DNA of 64,000 bases from Holophagales bacterium UBA5704 (GTDB taxonomy: Bacteria > Acidobacteriota > Thermoanaerobaculia > Multivoradales > UBA5704): assembly GCA_002420005.1 (NCBI GenBank), contig DIHE01000126.1, positions 77,536-141,535 of the forward strand. The letters run 5' to 3'. Shown here piece by piece: positions 45,305-54,442 of the stretch (the stretch's first letter is position 1; the number at the start of each line of letters is the position of its first letter). The notes under the pieces are model-generated. The model had not been told where the DNA came from. It searched no databases and was given only the letters and a program-made list of their open reading frames with translations. Made by a program: the position numbers and the translations under genes.

Positions 45305-47878
45305 CTACGGGTAGTACCCCCGCACCGTCTTCGCCTCCAGGCCCGGCCGGGCCAGTTGGACCTCGACGGTGCGGAATTTGTCGTCGCGGCTCGGATTGGT
45401 GGACTGGTAGGCGAGCATGTATTGCGAGCGCAGCTCCTCCTCGACGACGGCGAAGACCTTCTCCAGCTCGGAGGCGGCGGCGATGAAGAAGGAGCGGCCG
45501 CCGGTCTCGTCTGCCAGCTTCTGGAGCTTGGCGCGCACGTCATAGTCCTTCTGGGGCATGTCGATCCCGACGCTGTAGATGGCGACGCCGCTGCGGCGGG
45601 CGAATTCCAGAGCTTCGCTGAAGGTGTAGTGGCTCGCGGTGTCCTGGCCGTCGGAGAGCAGGACGATCGCCTTCTTTCCCTTGATGCCGCCGAAGTAGTA
45701 GAGGGAATAGATCAGGCCGTCGTACATCGCCGTGTTGCCTTCCGGGGTGAGACCGTTCAGGCCGGCGGTGAGCACGTCCAGCTGGCTGGTGAAGCGGACG
45801 CCCAGGCTCGCGGTGTCGTTGAAGGTGAAGACGGCGGCCCGGTCCTTGGGTTCGAGCACGGCCTCGAAAAACCGTGTCGCGGCCTTGATCGCTTCCTTCA
45901 ACCGCTCGCCGTTGCGTTCTCCCATGGACGACGAGGTGTCGACCATCACACCGGCATAGATCGGCAGATCGCGCACCAGCTCGAACCGGCGCACCGCCTG
46001 GGGCTTTCCGTCTTCGAGGACGGTGAAATCCTTTTCGGTCAGTCCCTCGACCGCCTCGCCCTGGCGGTTCACCACGGTGGTGAACAGCTCGACGAAATCG
46101 ACGTCCACTTCTTCCACGTAATCCGGCGCATTGATCAGCACCAGGTCCTCGGTGGAGTTGCCGTCCGGCGTGTAGGCGACGGCGCGGACGTAGGAGACCC
46201 CGGCGTTCGCGGGCAGCAGGATGGGCTGGACGTACGGCGGCTGGTAGAGGCTCGCGAGGAGCGTCTCGTTCAGATAGATCTCCACCCGGTCCAGGCTCTC
46301 CCCCTCCGGCAGCTCCACCTGCGCCTGGGCGCGCAGGCTCGCCTGATAGGTCTTGCCCGGCTGCGGCTCGACGAGGCGGATGGAGAAGCGGTGCGGCCCG
46401 GAGTTCAAGAGGATCTCGTCCTCCGCCAGCCTTTCGTCGCCAGGGCCGAGGGCGAGGGCCTGCAGGGTGTGGATCTTCGGCGCGGTGCCCAGGTTCAGCT
46501 CGACGCTGTAGGGCGGCTTTCCCTTGGTGAGGACCGGCTTGCCGTCGAGCAGGAAGCGGACGCGGGCGATCCCTTCGCCGGTGGCGCGCGCTTCGATGCG
46601 CACGGTGCCGGTGATCAGGCCGGGAGGCGGCGGCAACAGGCGGATCGTCTTCTCGTCGGTGCCGAAGCTCGGCGCGTTGGCTTCCGCCAGCTGGGCCGGA
46701 GCGGAGGCGGTGGGTGCCGGCACCGGGGCCGGCGCCGAGGCGGCCTGGGCTTCTTCGGCGGAAGGGATGGCGAGCTCGCGGGTCTCGCGCCAGAAGCGTT
46801 GGCCGCCGGTCTCCTCCACCTTGAGGATCAGCGTATAGGTGCCCGGCCGCAGATAGCGCTGGAAGACGAGCGGGAAGGTGTCCGCCGCCGTGGCGTCTCC
46901 TCCGGGGAAGAGGAACCGGTAGCGGAACTGCTCGAACAGCTCGCCGCGGTAAAGCACCTCGCCATCCACCACGAAGCTGGCGGACGTGCCCGCCGCCGCC
47001 AGGTCGGCCCGGGCGACGCTGACCACGCCCTGCACGACGGTTCGGCTGCCATAGCGGCCGGGGAAGGCGAAGTCGGCGCGGGCCGGGAAGGTGGCCGCGC
47101 CTTCAGGCACGTCGGTGGAGCGGGCGAGGAAGGCGGCGACCCACTCTTCGTTCGGCCGCGGGATGAGCTGGGAGGCCTTCAGAAAGGCGTCCCAATCGAC
47201 CGCAAAGGCGAGGCGGCCGAGCACGTCCTCGCCGCCCTGTGAGCAGGCGGTGTCGATCAGCTCCTGGTCTTTGACGCCACCGGTCGCGCGCAGCCGCAGC
47301 TCGACCGAGAAGAGAGAGGAGAGCCCCTCGCCGGGCGACCACAGGCGCCAGGGTCCCCGCGATGAGCCGCCGGGGGAGACGAAGACCACCGAGAAGCCGC
47401 GCTTCACACGCTCGGAGCCGTCGTAGTCCCAGACCTCCAAGGGCATCAGGCTGTCGCAAAGGGAATGGGTGACCGTCCGGGGCGGCCCGGCGAGCAGAAG
47501 GACGCGGGCGCGGTCCTCGGTGACGTTGCCCATCTCCTCGCGCGCCTGCTTCAGGCGCTCCTGCCATTTCTCATGGAGCTCGTTGCGCGCCGTCTGGGTG
47601 TAGGGGTCCCGCACGTCCCAGAAGCGGCGGATGAAGGCGTCGCGCTGGTAGTCGCGGGGGAGCGCGAGAAACGCCTGGCGCTCGGTGGCGCTCAGCAGGG
47701 GCGCGGTCTCTTCGAGAAACTCGCGGTGCCGCGGCTGCAACCCGGCGGCGGGATCGGGCGTCTCCGGTGCCGCTGACGCGAGGTCCGCGGCGGCCAGGGC
47801 ACAGCACAGCAGAGCGCAAGGCAGGGAGAGGGCCGGGAGGGTACGGCGGAGCCTCGACATGGCCGCTCGATCGTACAC
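45305..47878 (-). CDS. GWxTD-domain plus VWA-domain secreted protein
   Basis: The N-terminal RDYQRDAFIRRFWDVRDP segment is GWxTD-family like. The C-terminal VWA has the MIDAS motif MVDTSSSM and …NTAMYDGL…LLSDGQDT. Alternative start at 47860. Confidence 0.7.
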   Translation of the reverse strand: MYDRAAMSRLRRTLPALSLPCALLCCALAAADLASAAPETPDPAAGLQPRHREFLEETAPLLSATERQAFLALPRDYQRDAFIRRFWDVRDPYTQTARNELHEKWQERLKQAREEMGNVTEDRARVLLLAGPPRTVTHSLCDSLMPLEVWDYDGSERVKRGFSVVFVSPGGSSRGPWRLWSPGEGLSSLFSVELRLRATGGVKDQELIDTACSQGGEDVLGRLAFAVDWDAFLKASQLIPRPNEEWVAAFLARSTDVPEGAATFPARADFAFPGRYGSRTVVQGVVSVARADLAAAGTSASFVVDGEVLYRGELFEQFRYRFLFPGGDATAADTFPLVFQRYLRPGTYTLILKVEETGGQRFWRETRELAIPSAEEAQAASAPAPVPAPTASAPAQLAEANAPSFGTDEKTIRLLPPPPGLITGTVRIEARATGEGIARVRFLLDGKPVLTKGKPPYSVELNLGTAPKIHTLQALALGPGDERLAEDEILLNSGPHRFSIRLVEPQPGKTYQASLRAQAQVELPEGESLDRVEIYLNETLLASLYQPPYVQPILLPANAGVSYVRAVAYTPDGNSTEDLVLINAPDYVEEVDVDFVELFTTVVNRQGEAVEGLTEKDFTVLEDGKPQAVRRFELVRDLPIYAGVMVDTSSSMGERNGERLKEAIKAATRFFEAVLEPKDRAAVFTFNDTASLGVRFTSQLDVLTAGLNGLTPEGNTAMYDGLIYSLYYFGGIKGKKAIVLLSDGQDTASHYTFSEALEFARRSGVAIYSVGIDMPQKDYDVRAKLQKLADETGGRSFFIAAASELEKVFAVVEEELRSQYMLAYQSTNPSRDDKFRTVEVQLARPGLEAKTVRGYYP

Positions 47879-47977
47879 CCCGTACCGGCTCGAAGGGTAG
47901 CGCGCAGCCTCGCGCTAAACCTTCCTCGCGTCGCGGGTTCTCCGGTGGGTGAACCGGAGATCCCAGGACGCGAGGCC

Positions 47978-48781
47978 ATGAACGAGACATCTTCCCGCTA
48001 CCACAGTGACGTCCACGTGCTCACGGTCTGCGGGCCGGTGCGCGAAGAGAACCAGGATGCCGCCGCCGTCTGGAAGGCGGAGGGGGGCGAGGTCGCCCTT
48101 CTCGTCGCCGACGGCATGGGAGGGCATGCCGCGGGGCGCGAGGCGGCGGAGATCACCGTCCACTCCTGCCTCGACACGCTGCGCCGCCACAGGGAGGGCT
48201 CCTGGGAAGACGCCTTCCGGTCGGCGGTCACCGGGGCGCAGGCGGCGGTTCGCGAGGCCTGCGCCCGGGAGGAGGGCCGGCGCGCGGCGATGGGTGCAAC
48301 GGTCGCCCTCGCGGTCTTGGGAGAGCTCGCGGCGGTTCCCCACCTGCACGTCGCCCACGTCGGCGACAGCCGCGTGTACCTCTTCCGCGGTCGTTCCCTC
48401 TACCGCCTGACGGCGGACCACTCGCTCGTCGCCCAGATGGTGCGCGACGGCCTGCTCGCCGAGGAGGAGGCTGCCGGGCATCCGGATTCCCATGTGATCC
48501 AGCGCGCGATCGGCCAGTCCGGACCTCTGGAGCCGGAGATCGGAGAGCCGCTGCCGCTGGATGTGGGGGACGTGGTGGTTCTGTGCTCGGACGGGCTGCA
48601 TGGCGCCGTGCCGGACGGCGGCCTCGGCGAGGTCCTCGGCCGCTCGGGCAGCGCCGAAGAGGTCTGCCGAAATCTGCTGGCGGCGGCCCTCGCGGCCGGC
48701 AGCGAAGACAACATCACGATCGCCTGCGCCCGCCTTCTCGGAGAGCGGCCGGGCCGGCGCAAGACCCGGGTTCCGCGCTGA
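47978..48781 (+). CDS. PP2C-family Ser/Thr protein phosphatase
   Basis: LLVADGMGGHAAG, GDSRVY, LCSDGL and DNITIA motifs. Confidence 0.85.
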   Translation: MNETSSRYHSDVHVLTVCGPVREENQDAAAVWKAEGGEVALLVADGMGGHAAGREAAEITVHSCLDTLRRHREGSWEDAFRSAVTGAQAAVREACAREEGRRAAMGATVALAVLGELAAVPHLHVAHVGDSRVYLFRGRSLYRLTADHSLVAQMVRDGLLAEEEAAGHPDSHVIQRAIGQSGPLEPEIGEPLPLDVGDVVVLCSDGLHGAVPDGGLGEVLGRSGSAEEVCRNLLAAALAAGSEDNITIACARLLGERPGRRKTRVPR

Positions 48782-48809
48782 GCCGAACCCGAAGCAAAGG
48801 AGACATGAA

Positions 48810-49517
48810 GTGACCGAATGTGCGAGCTGCCATACCTTGAATCCCGGGACGGAGCGGGCATGCCTGGCCTGTGGCACCGCCCTGCCGCGCTCCGGCCCGA
48901 CCGGCTCGACGCCTCTGGGGCTGACGAGCTGCCCGGCGGGACACCCGATCGACCCCTCCTGGCGCATCTGCCCCTATTGTGAGCGCAGCGCCGCCACGGC
49001 AGGCCCTCCGGCCCCGGGCCGCGCAACCCGGCTGGATGGTGCGCCGCCGGCCGCCGCCGGTGCGGCGGCGACGCGGCTGGAGCCGGTGCTCCCGGCCGGC
49101 CGCCGAACCGTCCTCGAAGGGGCCTCTCCGGTGGTGCCGGGGGACGCTTTCGCCGCGCCGCCCACGGCGCCACCGGTGGCCCCGTCCGCCCGTCTGGTGG
49201 CGGTCCTCGCCGCGCCGGAGCTGGGCGGCGGATCGATCTTCCCGGTGCGGGCGGGGCGGACCACCCTGGGGGCCGGCCGGCAGAACGACGTCGTGCTGGC
49301 CGGGGACACCGAAGCCTCCGGGGAGCATGCGGTCCTCCTCCACCGCGGCGACACCTTCCATCTGACCGACCGACTGTCGACCAATGGCACCTGGCACAAC
49401 GGCCATGAGGTTCCGGCCAACGGCACCGTACAGCTCCAGGACCGTGACTGCATCCGGTGCGGCCGGACGGAGCTGATTTTCCTGAGCATCCCCAACCACC
49501 CCGGCAAGGAGGAATGA
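48810..49517 (+). CDS. double zinc-ribbon plus FHA domain protein
   Basis: CASC…CLAC and CPAGH…CPYC, then a C-terminal FHA domain (GRQNDVVL…SGEHAVL…STNGTWHNG). The GTG at 48810 lies 6 nt after AAAGGAGA. Confidence 0.75.
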   Translation: MTECASCHTLNPGTERACLACGTALPRSGPTGSTPLGLTSCPAGHPIDPSWRICPYCERSAATAGPPAPGRATRLDGAPPAAAGAAATRLEPVLPAGRRTVLEGASPVVPGDAFAAPPTAPPVAPSARLVAVLAAPELGGGSIFPVRAGRTTLGAGRQNDVVLAGDTEASGEHAVLLHRGDTFHLTDRLSTNGTWHNGHEVPANGTVQLQDRDCIRCGRTELIFLSIPNHPGKEE

Positions 49518-50920
49518 ACGTGTCCATGATTCTGACCATCCGCCATCTCGGCGGCTCGCTGGCGGGCAAAAGCCAGCGGGTCGCCCTGCAAGAGGGGCAG
49601 AGCGTGCGCCTCGGCCGCTCCCCGGAAAGCGAGATCAAGTTCACCGACACCGCGGACGACGGCGTGAGCTCGCTCCATGCGGAGCTCAGCCTGCAAGGCT
49701 CCCGCCTGTTCGTGGAAGACAAGCGCAGCTCCAACGGCACCTTCCTCAACGGCACCCTGTGCCCGCCTCTCCAGAAGGTCGCGGTGCCGGACGGTGCGCG
49801 CCTGCGCCTCGGCCGCCAGGGTCCGGAGATGCAGATGGCGGTCGCAACCGCAGAAACCGGCCCGGCCAAGGAGAGCATCGGCCGCGCCACCCTGCTGCGG
49901 GAGATCGACAAAGTCCGCCAGGAGGAGCGCGGCGTGGTGGCCGGCGAGATCGCCGAGACCCACCGGCGGTCGCGGCTCTGGCTCGGCGGCGGCCTGGGCC
50001 TGGTGCTTGTGCTGGCGGCCGCCGGGATCGGCGGTGCCGCCTGGTGGAGCCACCAGAAGTCCGAGCGGCTGGCGGCGGATCTCTCGCGGCAGAAAACGGA
50101 GCTCGACCAGGAGAAGAACCCCTGGCCGGCGGTCGAGGCCCGGGTCAGCCCTTCTGTGGTTTCGATCAAGTGCCGCTACCGGCTGCGCCGGCCGCTCCCG
50201 GTGAACGAGGATCAGGCCATGGTCGTCGAAGATCTCTGGGGAGGCGGTGGTGGCTCGGGCGTCCTGATCAAACCGGGGCTCATCCTCACCGCGCTGCACG
50301 TGGTGGAGCCCTGGAAGTTCGTCCTGCCCGGCTGGGAGGGCGTGGTCGAGAGATTCGCCGTCCGGCCCGAATATGACGTCCTGGAGGTCCAGTTCCCCGG
50401 CCAGCAGCCGCTCAAGGCTTCGGTGGTCGCGGTGTCGGCCGAGCATGACCTGGCGATCCTCCAGGTACAGCAGACGGGCGCTTCGGCCGTGCCTCTGGGC
50501 CAGACCAATGCCGAGGTCAAGGTGACCGACGAGATCGCCGTCCTCGGCTATCCCGGAAACCTCGGCCAGTACCAGGTCCAGGTCCAGAACGTCACCGGCT
50601 TCGGCGAAGCGACGCGCGCGATCACCGAGGTCACCCCGAGCTTCATCCAGGGAACCGTGGCCCAGCCGCTGACCGCCTCCGGCGAAGGCTCCCACCATCT
50701 GGTGTTCACCGCCGCCATCGAGCCCGGCAACAGCGGCGGCCCGGTGGTCAACCGGCAGGGCCAGGTGATCGGGATCGTCTCTTTCCAGTTCGACCGCACG
50801 GGTCCGCCGATCACCATCCTCGGCGAAGAGATCCCGACGCAGCTGCCGGCCCAGGCGGGCAGCCGCGCCGTGAGCCCCGACGACATTCAATCGTTCCTGC
50901 GCCAGCACGGGTTCGCCTGA
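49514..50920 (+). CDS. FHA domain - TM - trypsin-like (S1) serine protease fusion
   Basis: N-terminal FHA (GRSPESEIKF…SSLHAEL…SSNGTFLNG), the TM helix LWLGGGLGLVLVLAAAGIGGAAWW, and the protease triad contexts TALHVV, EHDLAIL and GNSGGPV. ATGA overlap with the upstream gene. Confidence 0.75.
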   Translation: MNVSMILTIRHLGGSLAGKSQRVALQEGQSVRLGRSPESEIKFTDTADDGVSSLHAELSLQGSRLFVEDKRSSNGTFLNGTLCPPLQKVAVPDGARLRLGRQGPEMQMAVATAETGPAKESIGRATLLREIDKVRQEERGVVAGEIAETHRRSRLWLGGGLGLVLVLAAAGIGGAAWWSHQKSERLAADLSRQKTELDQEKNPWPAVEARVSPSVVSIKCRYRLRRPLPVNEDQAMVVEDLWGGGGGSGVLIKPGLILTALHVVEPWKFVLPGWEGVVERFAVRPEYDVLEVQFPGQQPLKASVVAVSAEHDLAILQVQQTGASAVPLGQTNAEVKVTDEIAVLGYPGNLGQYQVQVQNVTGFGEATRAITEVTPSFIQGTVAQPLTASGEGSHHLVFTAAIEPGNSGGPVVNRQGQVIGIVSFQFDRTGPPITILGEEIPTQLPAQAGSRAVSPDDIQSFLRQHGFA

Positions 50921-50939
50921 GCCCGTGAGGAGACGTGCC

Positions 50940-51629
50940 ATGCGAGCAAGCCGATCCCTTCGCTGCCTCCTTCTCCTCGGGCTCTTCGCCGGCGGGCTCC
51001 TCGCCCAGGCGCCACCACCGGCGGAGCCGGTCGTCGACGAGCCGTTGACCCTGGAGGCCCCTCCGGTCGAGCCCGAGCCGCCCATCGACGGGGCGCCGGC
51101 CGAGGAGCCGCCGGTCCCCGCGGAGCCCTGGCCGGACGAGCCCGTTCCCGATTCGGCTGCCGGGGTGGCCGAACCTCCGCCGGTCGATCCGATGGACGTG
51201 CCGGTGGATGCACTGGACCTGCCGGCCGAAGCCCCTGCGGCGATCCCGCCGCCGCAGGCTCCCCCCTCCGCCCCCGCCGCCCCGGGAACGGGCCGGCCGG
51301 CGAAGGCCCCGGGAGAGACCTTCCGGGTCCGGCTCGCCGAAGCGGGCAAGGGATTCCGTGCCGGGATCGTCGGCCAGCTCCGGGTGAGCGCCGTCGGGCT
51401 GGCCTTCACCCGGGACGGACAGAGCCGGGCCGACTGGTCGATCGCCTGGAAGGACCTGGAGGCGGCGCGCAAGGAGAAAGGCCTGTGGGACGCACCCTTC
51501 GTGCTGGGCCTCATCGGCCGCGACGGAAGCCGCCGGTTTCTCGCCCGGCTCGACAAGAGCGGGCGGTATCTCGACGGCGCTCCGCTCCTCGCGGCCATCG
51601 TCCGCACCGGAGGGGCGCGGCTCAAGTGA
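50940..51629 (+). CDS. secreted Pro/Glu-rich protein with a small C-terminal globular domain
   Basis: Signal peptide, a roughly 110-aa P/E/A-rich region, and a roughly 100-aa C-terminal domain. The ATG at 50940 follows GAGGAG. Confidence 0.5.
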   Translation: MRASRSLRCLLLLGLFAGGLLAQAPPPAEPVVDEPLTLEAPPVEPEPPIDGAPAEEPPVPAEPWPDEPVPDSAAGVAEPPPVDPMDVPVDALDLPAEAPAAIPPPQAPPSAPAAPGTGRPAKAPGETFRVRLAEAGKGFRAGIVGQLRVSAVGLAFTRDGQSRADWSIAWKDLEAARKEKGLWDAPFVLGLIGRDGSRRFLARLDKSGRYLDGAPLLAAIVRTGGARLK

Positions 51630-51656
51630 CGGCCTGAGGACCACCCGGGAGGAGCC

Positions 51657-53324
51657 ATGAGAGAGCACATCGGACATTACCGGATCGAGGCCGAGCTGGG
51701 GCGGGGCGGCATGGGCGTCGTGTACCGCGGCGTCCACGAGCACCTGGGGCGGGAGGTCGCCATCAAGGCCCTGACCCCTGAGCTGACCCGCCAGCCGGAG
51801 TTCAAGGACCGGTTCTTCGCCGAGGCCAGGACCCAGGCCCGGCTGCAGCATCCCCACCTCGTGGCGGTCTACGACCTGCTGGCCGAGGCGGGCGAGTATT
51901 TCATCGTGATGGAGCTGGTCACCGGCATCGGCCTCGACGACCTCCTGCGGGGCCGGGCGGGTCGCCTGGAGCTGGCCGAAGCCCTGGGGATCTTCAGCCA
52001 GATGCTCTCCGCCCTCGACTACGCCCATTCGGAAGGCGTGATCCACCGGGACATCAAGCCTTCCAACGTGCTGATCACCGCGGACGGCCGGGCGAAGCTG
52101 ACCGACTTCGGCATCGCGCTGCTGGTGGGAGACAAACGCCTGACCGCCTCCCAGTCGACGATCGGCACCCCGACCTACATGTCCCCCGAGCAGATCTTGC
52201 GGCCCCGGTCGCTGGATCACCGCACCGACATCTACAGCGCCGCGGTCGTGTTCTTCGAGATGCTGACCGGAAGCCCGCCGTTCGACGGGGAGACGGAGTA
52301 CGGGATCAAGAAGCTGCACGTCGAAGCGGCTCCGCCGGACCTGGCCCGCCTGCGCGCCGATCTGCCGCCGGGGATCGCCGAAGCGGTCGCCCTCGCCTTA
52401 CGCAAGAATCCGGACGACCGGCCGCCGAGCGCCGGAGCCTTCCTGCGGGCGCTTCTCGCCGCCTCGCCGGAGGAGGCAGCGCCCGCCGTCGCCACCCTCT
52501 CCCCGCGGCCGGTGCCGGGTCTCGGTGCGCCGACGGCCGTATCCGGCGGGCCCCGGCCGGCTGCGCGGCCGGCCTTCGGCCGGTTCCTGGCCGAGAACCG
52601 CCGGCTCCTCCTGGGAGCCGCGGGGCTCCTCGCCGCCACCCTCGGCGCGGCGTTGGTCCTGATGCGCCCAACGGACCAGAGCACCGTGCCGGCGCTCGCC
52701 GCCCTCCATTCCGACCCGGCACCTTCCCAGCCGCCGGCCCCGGCGCTGCAACCCCCGCCTGCGGAGCCGATCGCGGCCCCTCCTGCGCCCCGCCCGGCCC
52801 CGACTCCGGTCAAGCCCCGGAGCACCCCGCGCCCCCGCACCGCCGAGCCCGTCCCCGCCCAAGAGGCACCCGCCGCACCTCCCCAGGTCGCGGAAACCCA
52901 GGCTGAGCCCTCTGCACCGGCCCCGGTGCCGGCGGAGTCCGGCGCGGCCCTCGACGCCCGCCTGGACGAGCTGAGCCCGGTGGCGGATCGCTTGGAGGAC
53001 CTGAGCAAGAAGACCTGGCGAGCCTACGAGCGGGCGCGTCTCCAGACGGCGCTCGGCCCCGGGCTGGCCTCCTTCCGCGACGCAACCGCCGCCCTGCGCA
53101 AGGAGCTCCGCGCCGTCCGGGGGACCGGGATCTTCGGCGCGTTGCGCCGGCGGGGCCGTGAGACCGACACCCGGACCTTGGAGAGCAGAGCCAGCGACGT
53201 GCTGCGCCGAGGCGGTGACGTCGAGAGCCTGCTCACCGACGACCCCGGACGAGCGGAGATCGAAAGCTCGTGGCGCGAGGTCCGGCGGGAGCTGCAGCGA
53301 CTGGAGACGTTCTTTCTGCGCTAG
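51657..53324 (+). CDS. Hanks-type Ser/Thr protein kinase with a TM and extracytoplasmic C-terminal region
   Basis: GRGGMGVVY, AIK, HRDIKPSNVL, DFGIA, and GTPTYMSPE. The TM helix is LLLGAAGLLAATLGAALVL. Confidence 0.9.
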   Translation: MREHIGHYRIEAELGRGGMGVVYRGVHEHLGREVAIKALTPELTRQPEFKDRFFAEARTQARLQHPHLVAVYDLLAEAGEYFIVMELVTGIGLDDLLRGRAGRLELAEALGIFSQMLSALDYAHSEGVIHRDIKPSNVLITADGRAKLTDFGIALLVGDKRLTASQSTIGTPTYMSPEQILRPRSLDHRTDIYSAAVVFFEMLTGSPPFDGETEYGIKKLHVEAAPPDLARLRADLPPGIAEAVALALRKNPDDRPPSAGAFLRALLAASPEEAAPAVATLSPRPVPGLGAPTAVSGGPRPAARPAFGRFLAENRRLLLGAAGLLAATLGAALVLMRPTDQSTVPALAALHSDPAPSQPPAPALQPPPAEPIAAPPAPRPAPTPVKPRSTPRPRTAEPVPAQEAPAAPPQVAETQAEPSAPAPVPAESGAALDARLDELSPVADRLEDLSKKTWRAYERARLQTALGPGLASFRDATAALRKELRAVRGTGIFGALRRRGRETDTRTLESRASDVLRRGGDVESLLTDDPGRAEIESSWREVRRELQRLETFFLR

Positions 53325-53607
53325 TCGAGTTCTTTGTTGCGTCCATGGAAGGGGGTGCTCCGCACCGGTTTGGCCGCCGCCGTCCCTGCGCAGGAGGTGA
53401 CGGAGGCTCCGTCTCTGGTCCAGGAGCTCCGCCGAGGCCCCGGGGGAGAGAACCTCTCGGGCCTCTCCTGAGCCGGGCAACTTTCTCCCCGCTTCCACGT
53501 ATCCAGACAGGCGCTGCGCCCGCTCGTGGAATCGGCTATCCTGGAAGGCGGGCCGGGCCTCCGAGCCACCGTTCGCTGCCAAACACGCATCCCATGAGGA
53601 GGACTAC

Positions 53608-54360
53608 ATGATTCGCAAGACTCTGGCCGGCCTGGTGATGGCCGGCTTGGTGAGCACCATCGCCTGGGGACAGACCGCCGACGAGCTGATCGAGAAGAAC
53701 ATCGAGGCCAAGGGAGGCCGCGAGAAGATCCAGGCCATCAAGACCGCGCGCATGACCGGCACGATGACGCTGGGGATGGGGATGGAGGCGCCGATGACCA
53801 TGGAGATGGCCCGCCCCAACAAGGTCCGGCTGGAGTTCGTCTTCCAGGGCATGACCGGGGTCCAGACCTACGATGGCAAGGACGGCTGGATGCTGATGCC
53901 GTTCCTGGGCAAGACCGATCCCGAGGCGATCACCGGCAAGCAGCTCGAACAGCTCCAGGAACAGGCCGACATGGATGGCCTGCTGGTGGACTACAAGGCC
54001 AAGGGCCATCAGGTCGAATTCGCCGGCAAGGAGGACCTGGAGGGGACTCCCACCTACAAGCTCAAGATCACCAAGAAGAACGGGGATGTCGGCTACTACT
54101 GGCTCGATGCCGAGACCTACCTGGAGCTCAAGGCCTCCGGCAAGACCAGCATCAACGGCCAGGAGGTCGAGGGGGAGGCCTGGTTCGGCGACTTCAAGGA
54201 GACCGGCGGCGTGCTGTTCCCTCACTCGATCGAGAACAAGGCGGCCGGCGCGCCGGGCGGCATGACGATCTCGATCGAGAAGATCGAGGTCAATCCGGAG
54301 CTGGCCGAGGCGCGCTTCGGCAAGCCGGAGCCGGCCGCGGCGCCTGCGCCCAAGCCCTGA
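53608..54360 (+). CDS. LolA-fold outer-membrane lipoprotein-sorting-like protein
   Basis: Signal peptide. …ADELIEKNIEAKGGREKIQAIKT…TYKLKITKKNGD…YWLDAETYL… resembles the 'outer membrane lipoprotein-sorting protein' family. Confidence 0.5.
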   Translation: MIRKTLAGLVMAGLVSTIAWGQTADELIEKNIEAKGGREKIQAIKTARMTGTMTLGMGMEAPMTMEMARPNKVRLEFVFQGMTGVQTYDGKDGWMLMPFLGKTDPEAITGKQLEQLQEQADMDGLLVDYKAKGHQVEFAGKEDLEGTPTYKLKITKKNGDVGYYWLDAETYLELKASGKTSINGQEVEGEAWFGDFKETGGVLFPHSIENKAAGAPGGMTISIEKIEVNPELAEARFGKPEPAAAPAPKP

Positions 54361-54442
54361 CGGTTGTTCCGGGAGGCTCCCGCGTGCGGAGGGCCTCCCT
54401 CTCTCCCTTCGGTCGTCCTTCATGTCCAGAGAGGAAACGTGT

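Noticed and set aside
45287-45308. The GC palindrome containing both convergent stop codons, considered as a bidirectional terminator.
   Set aside because: The stem is only 5+3 bp once a workable loop and a CC bulge are allowed, and there is no U-tract. It is noted in a finding but not listed as a feature.
53440-53475. The hairpin GAGGCCC…GGGCCTC in the 283-bp spacer after the kinase gene, considered as a terminator or small RNA.
   Set aside because: The stem is interrupted, there is no U-tract, and it lies more than 110 nt after the stop. The evidence is too weak for a call.
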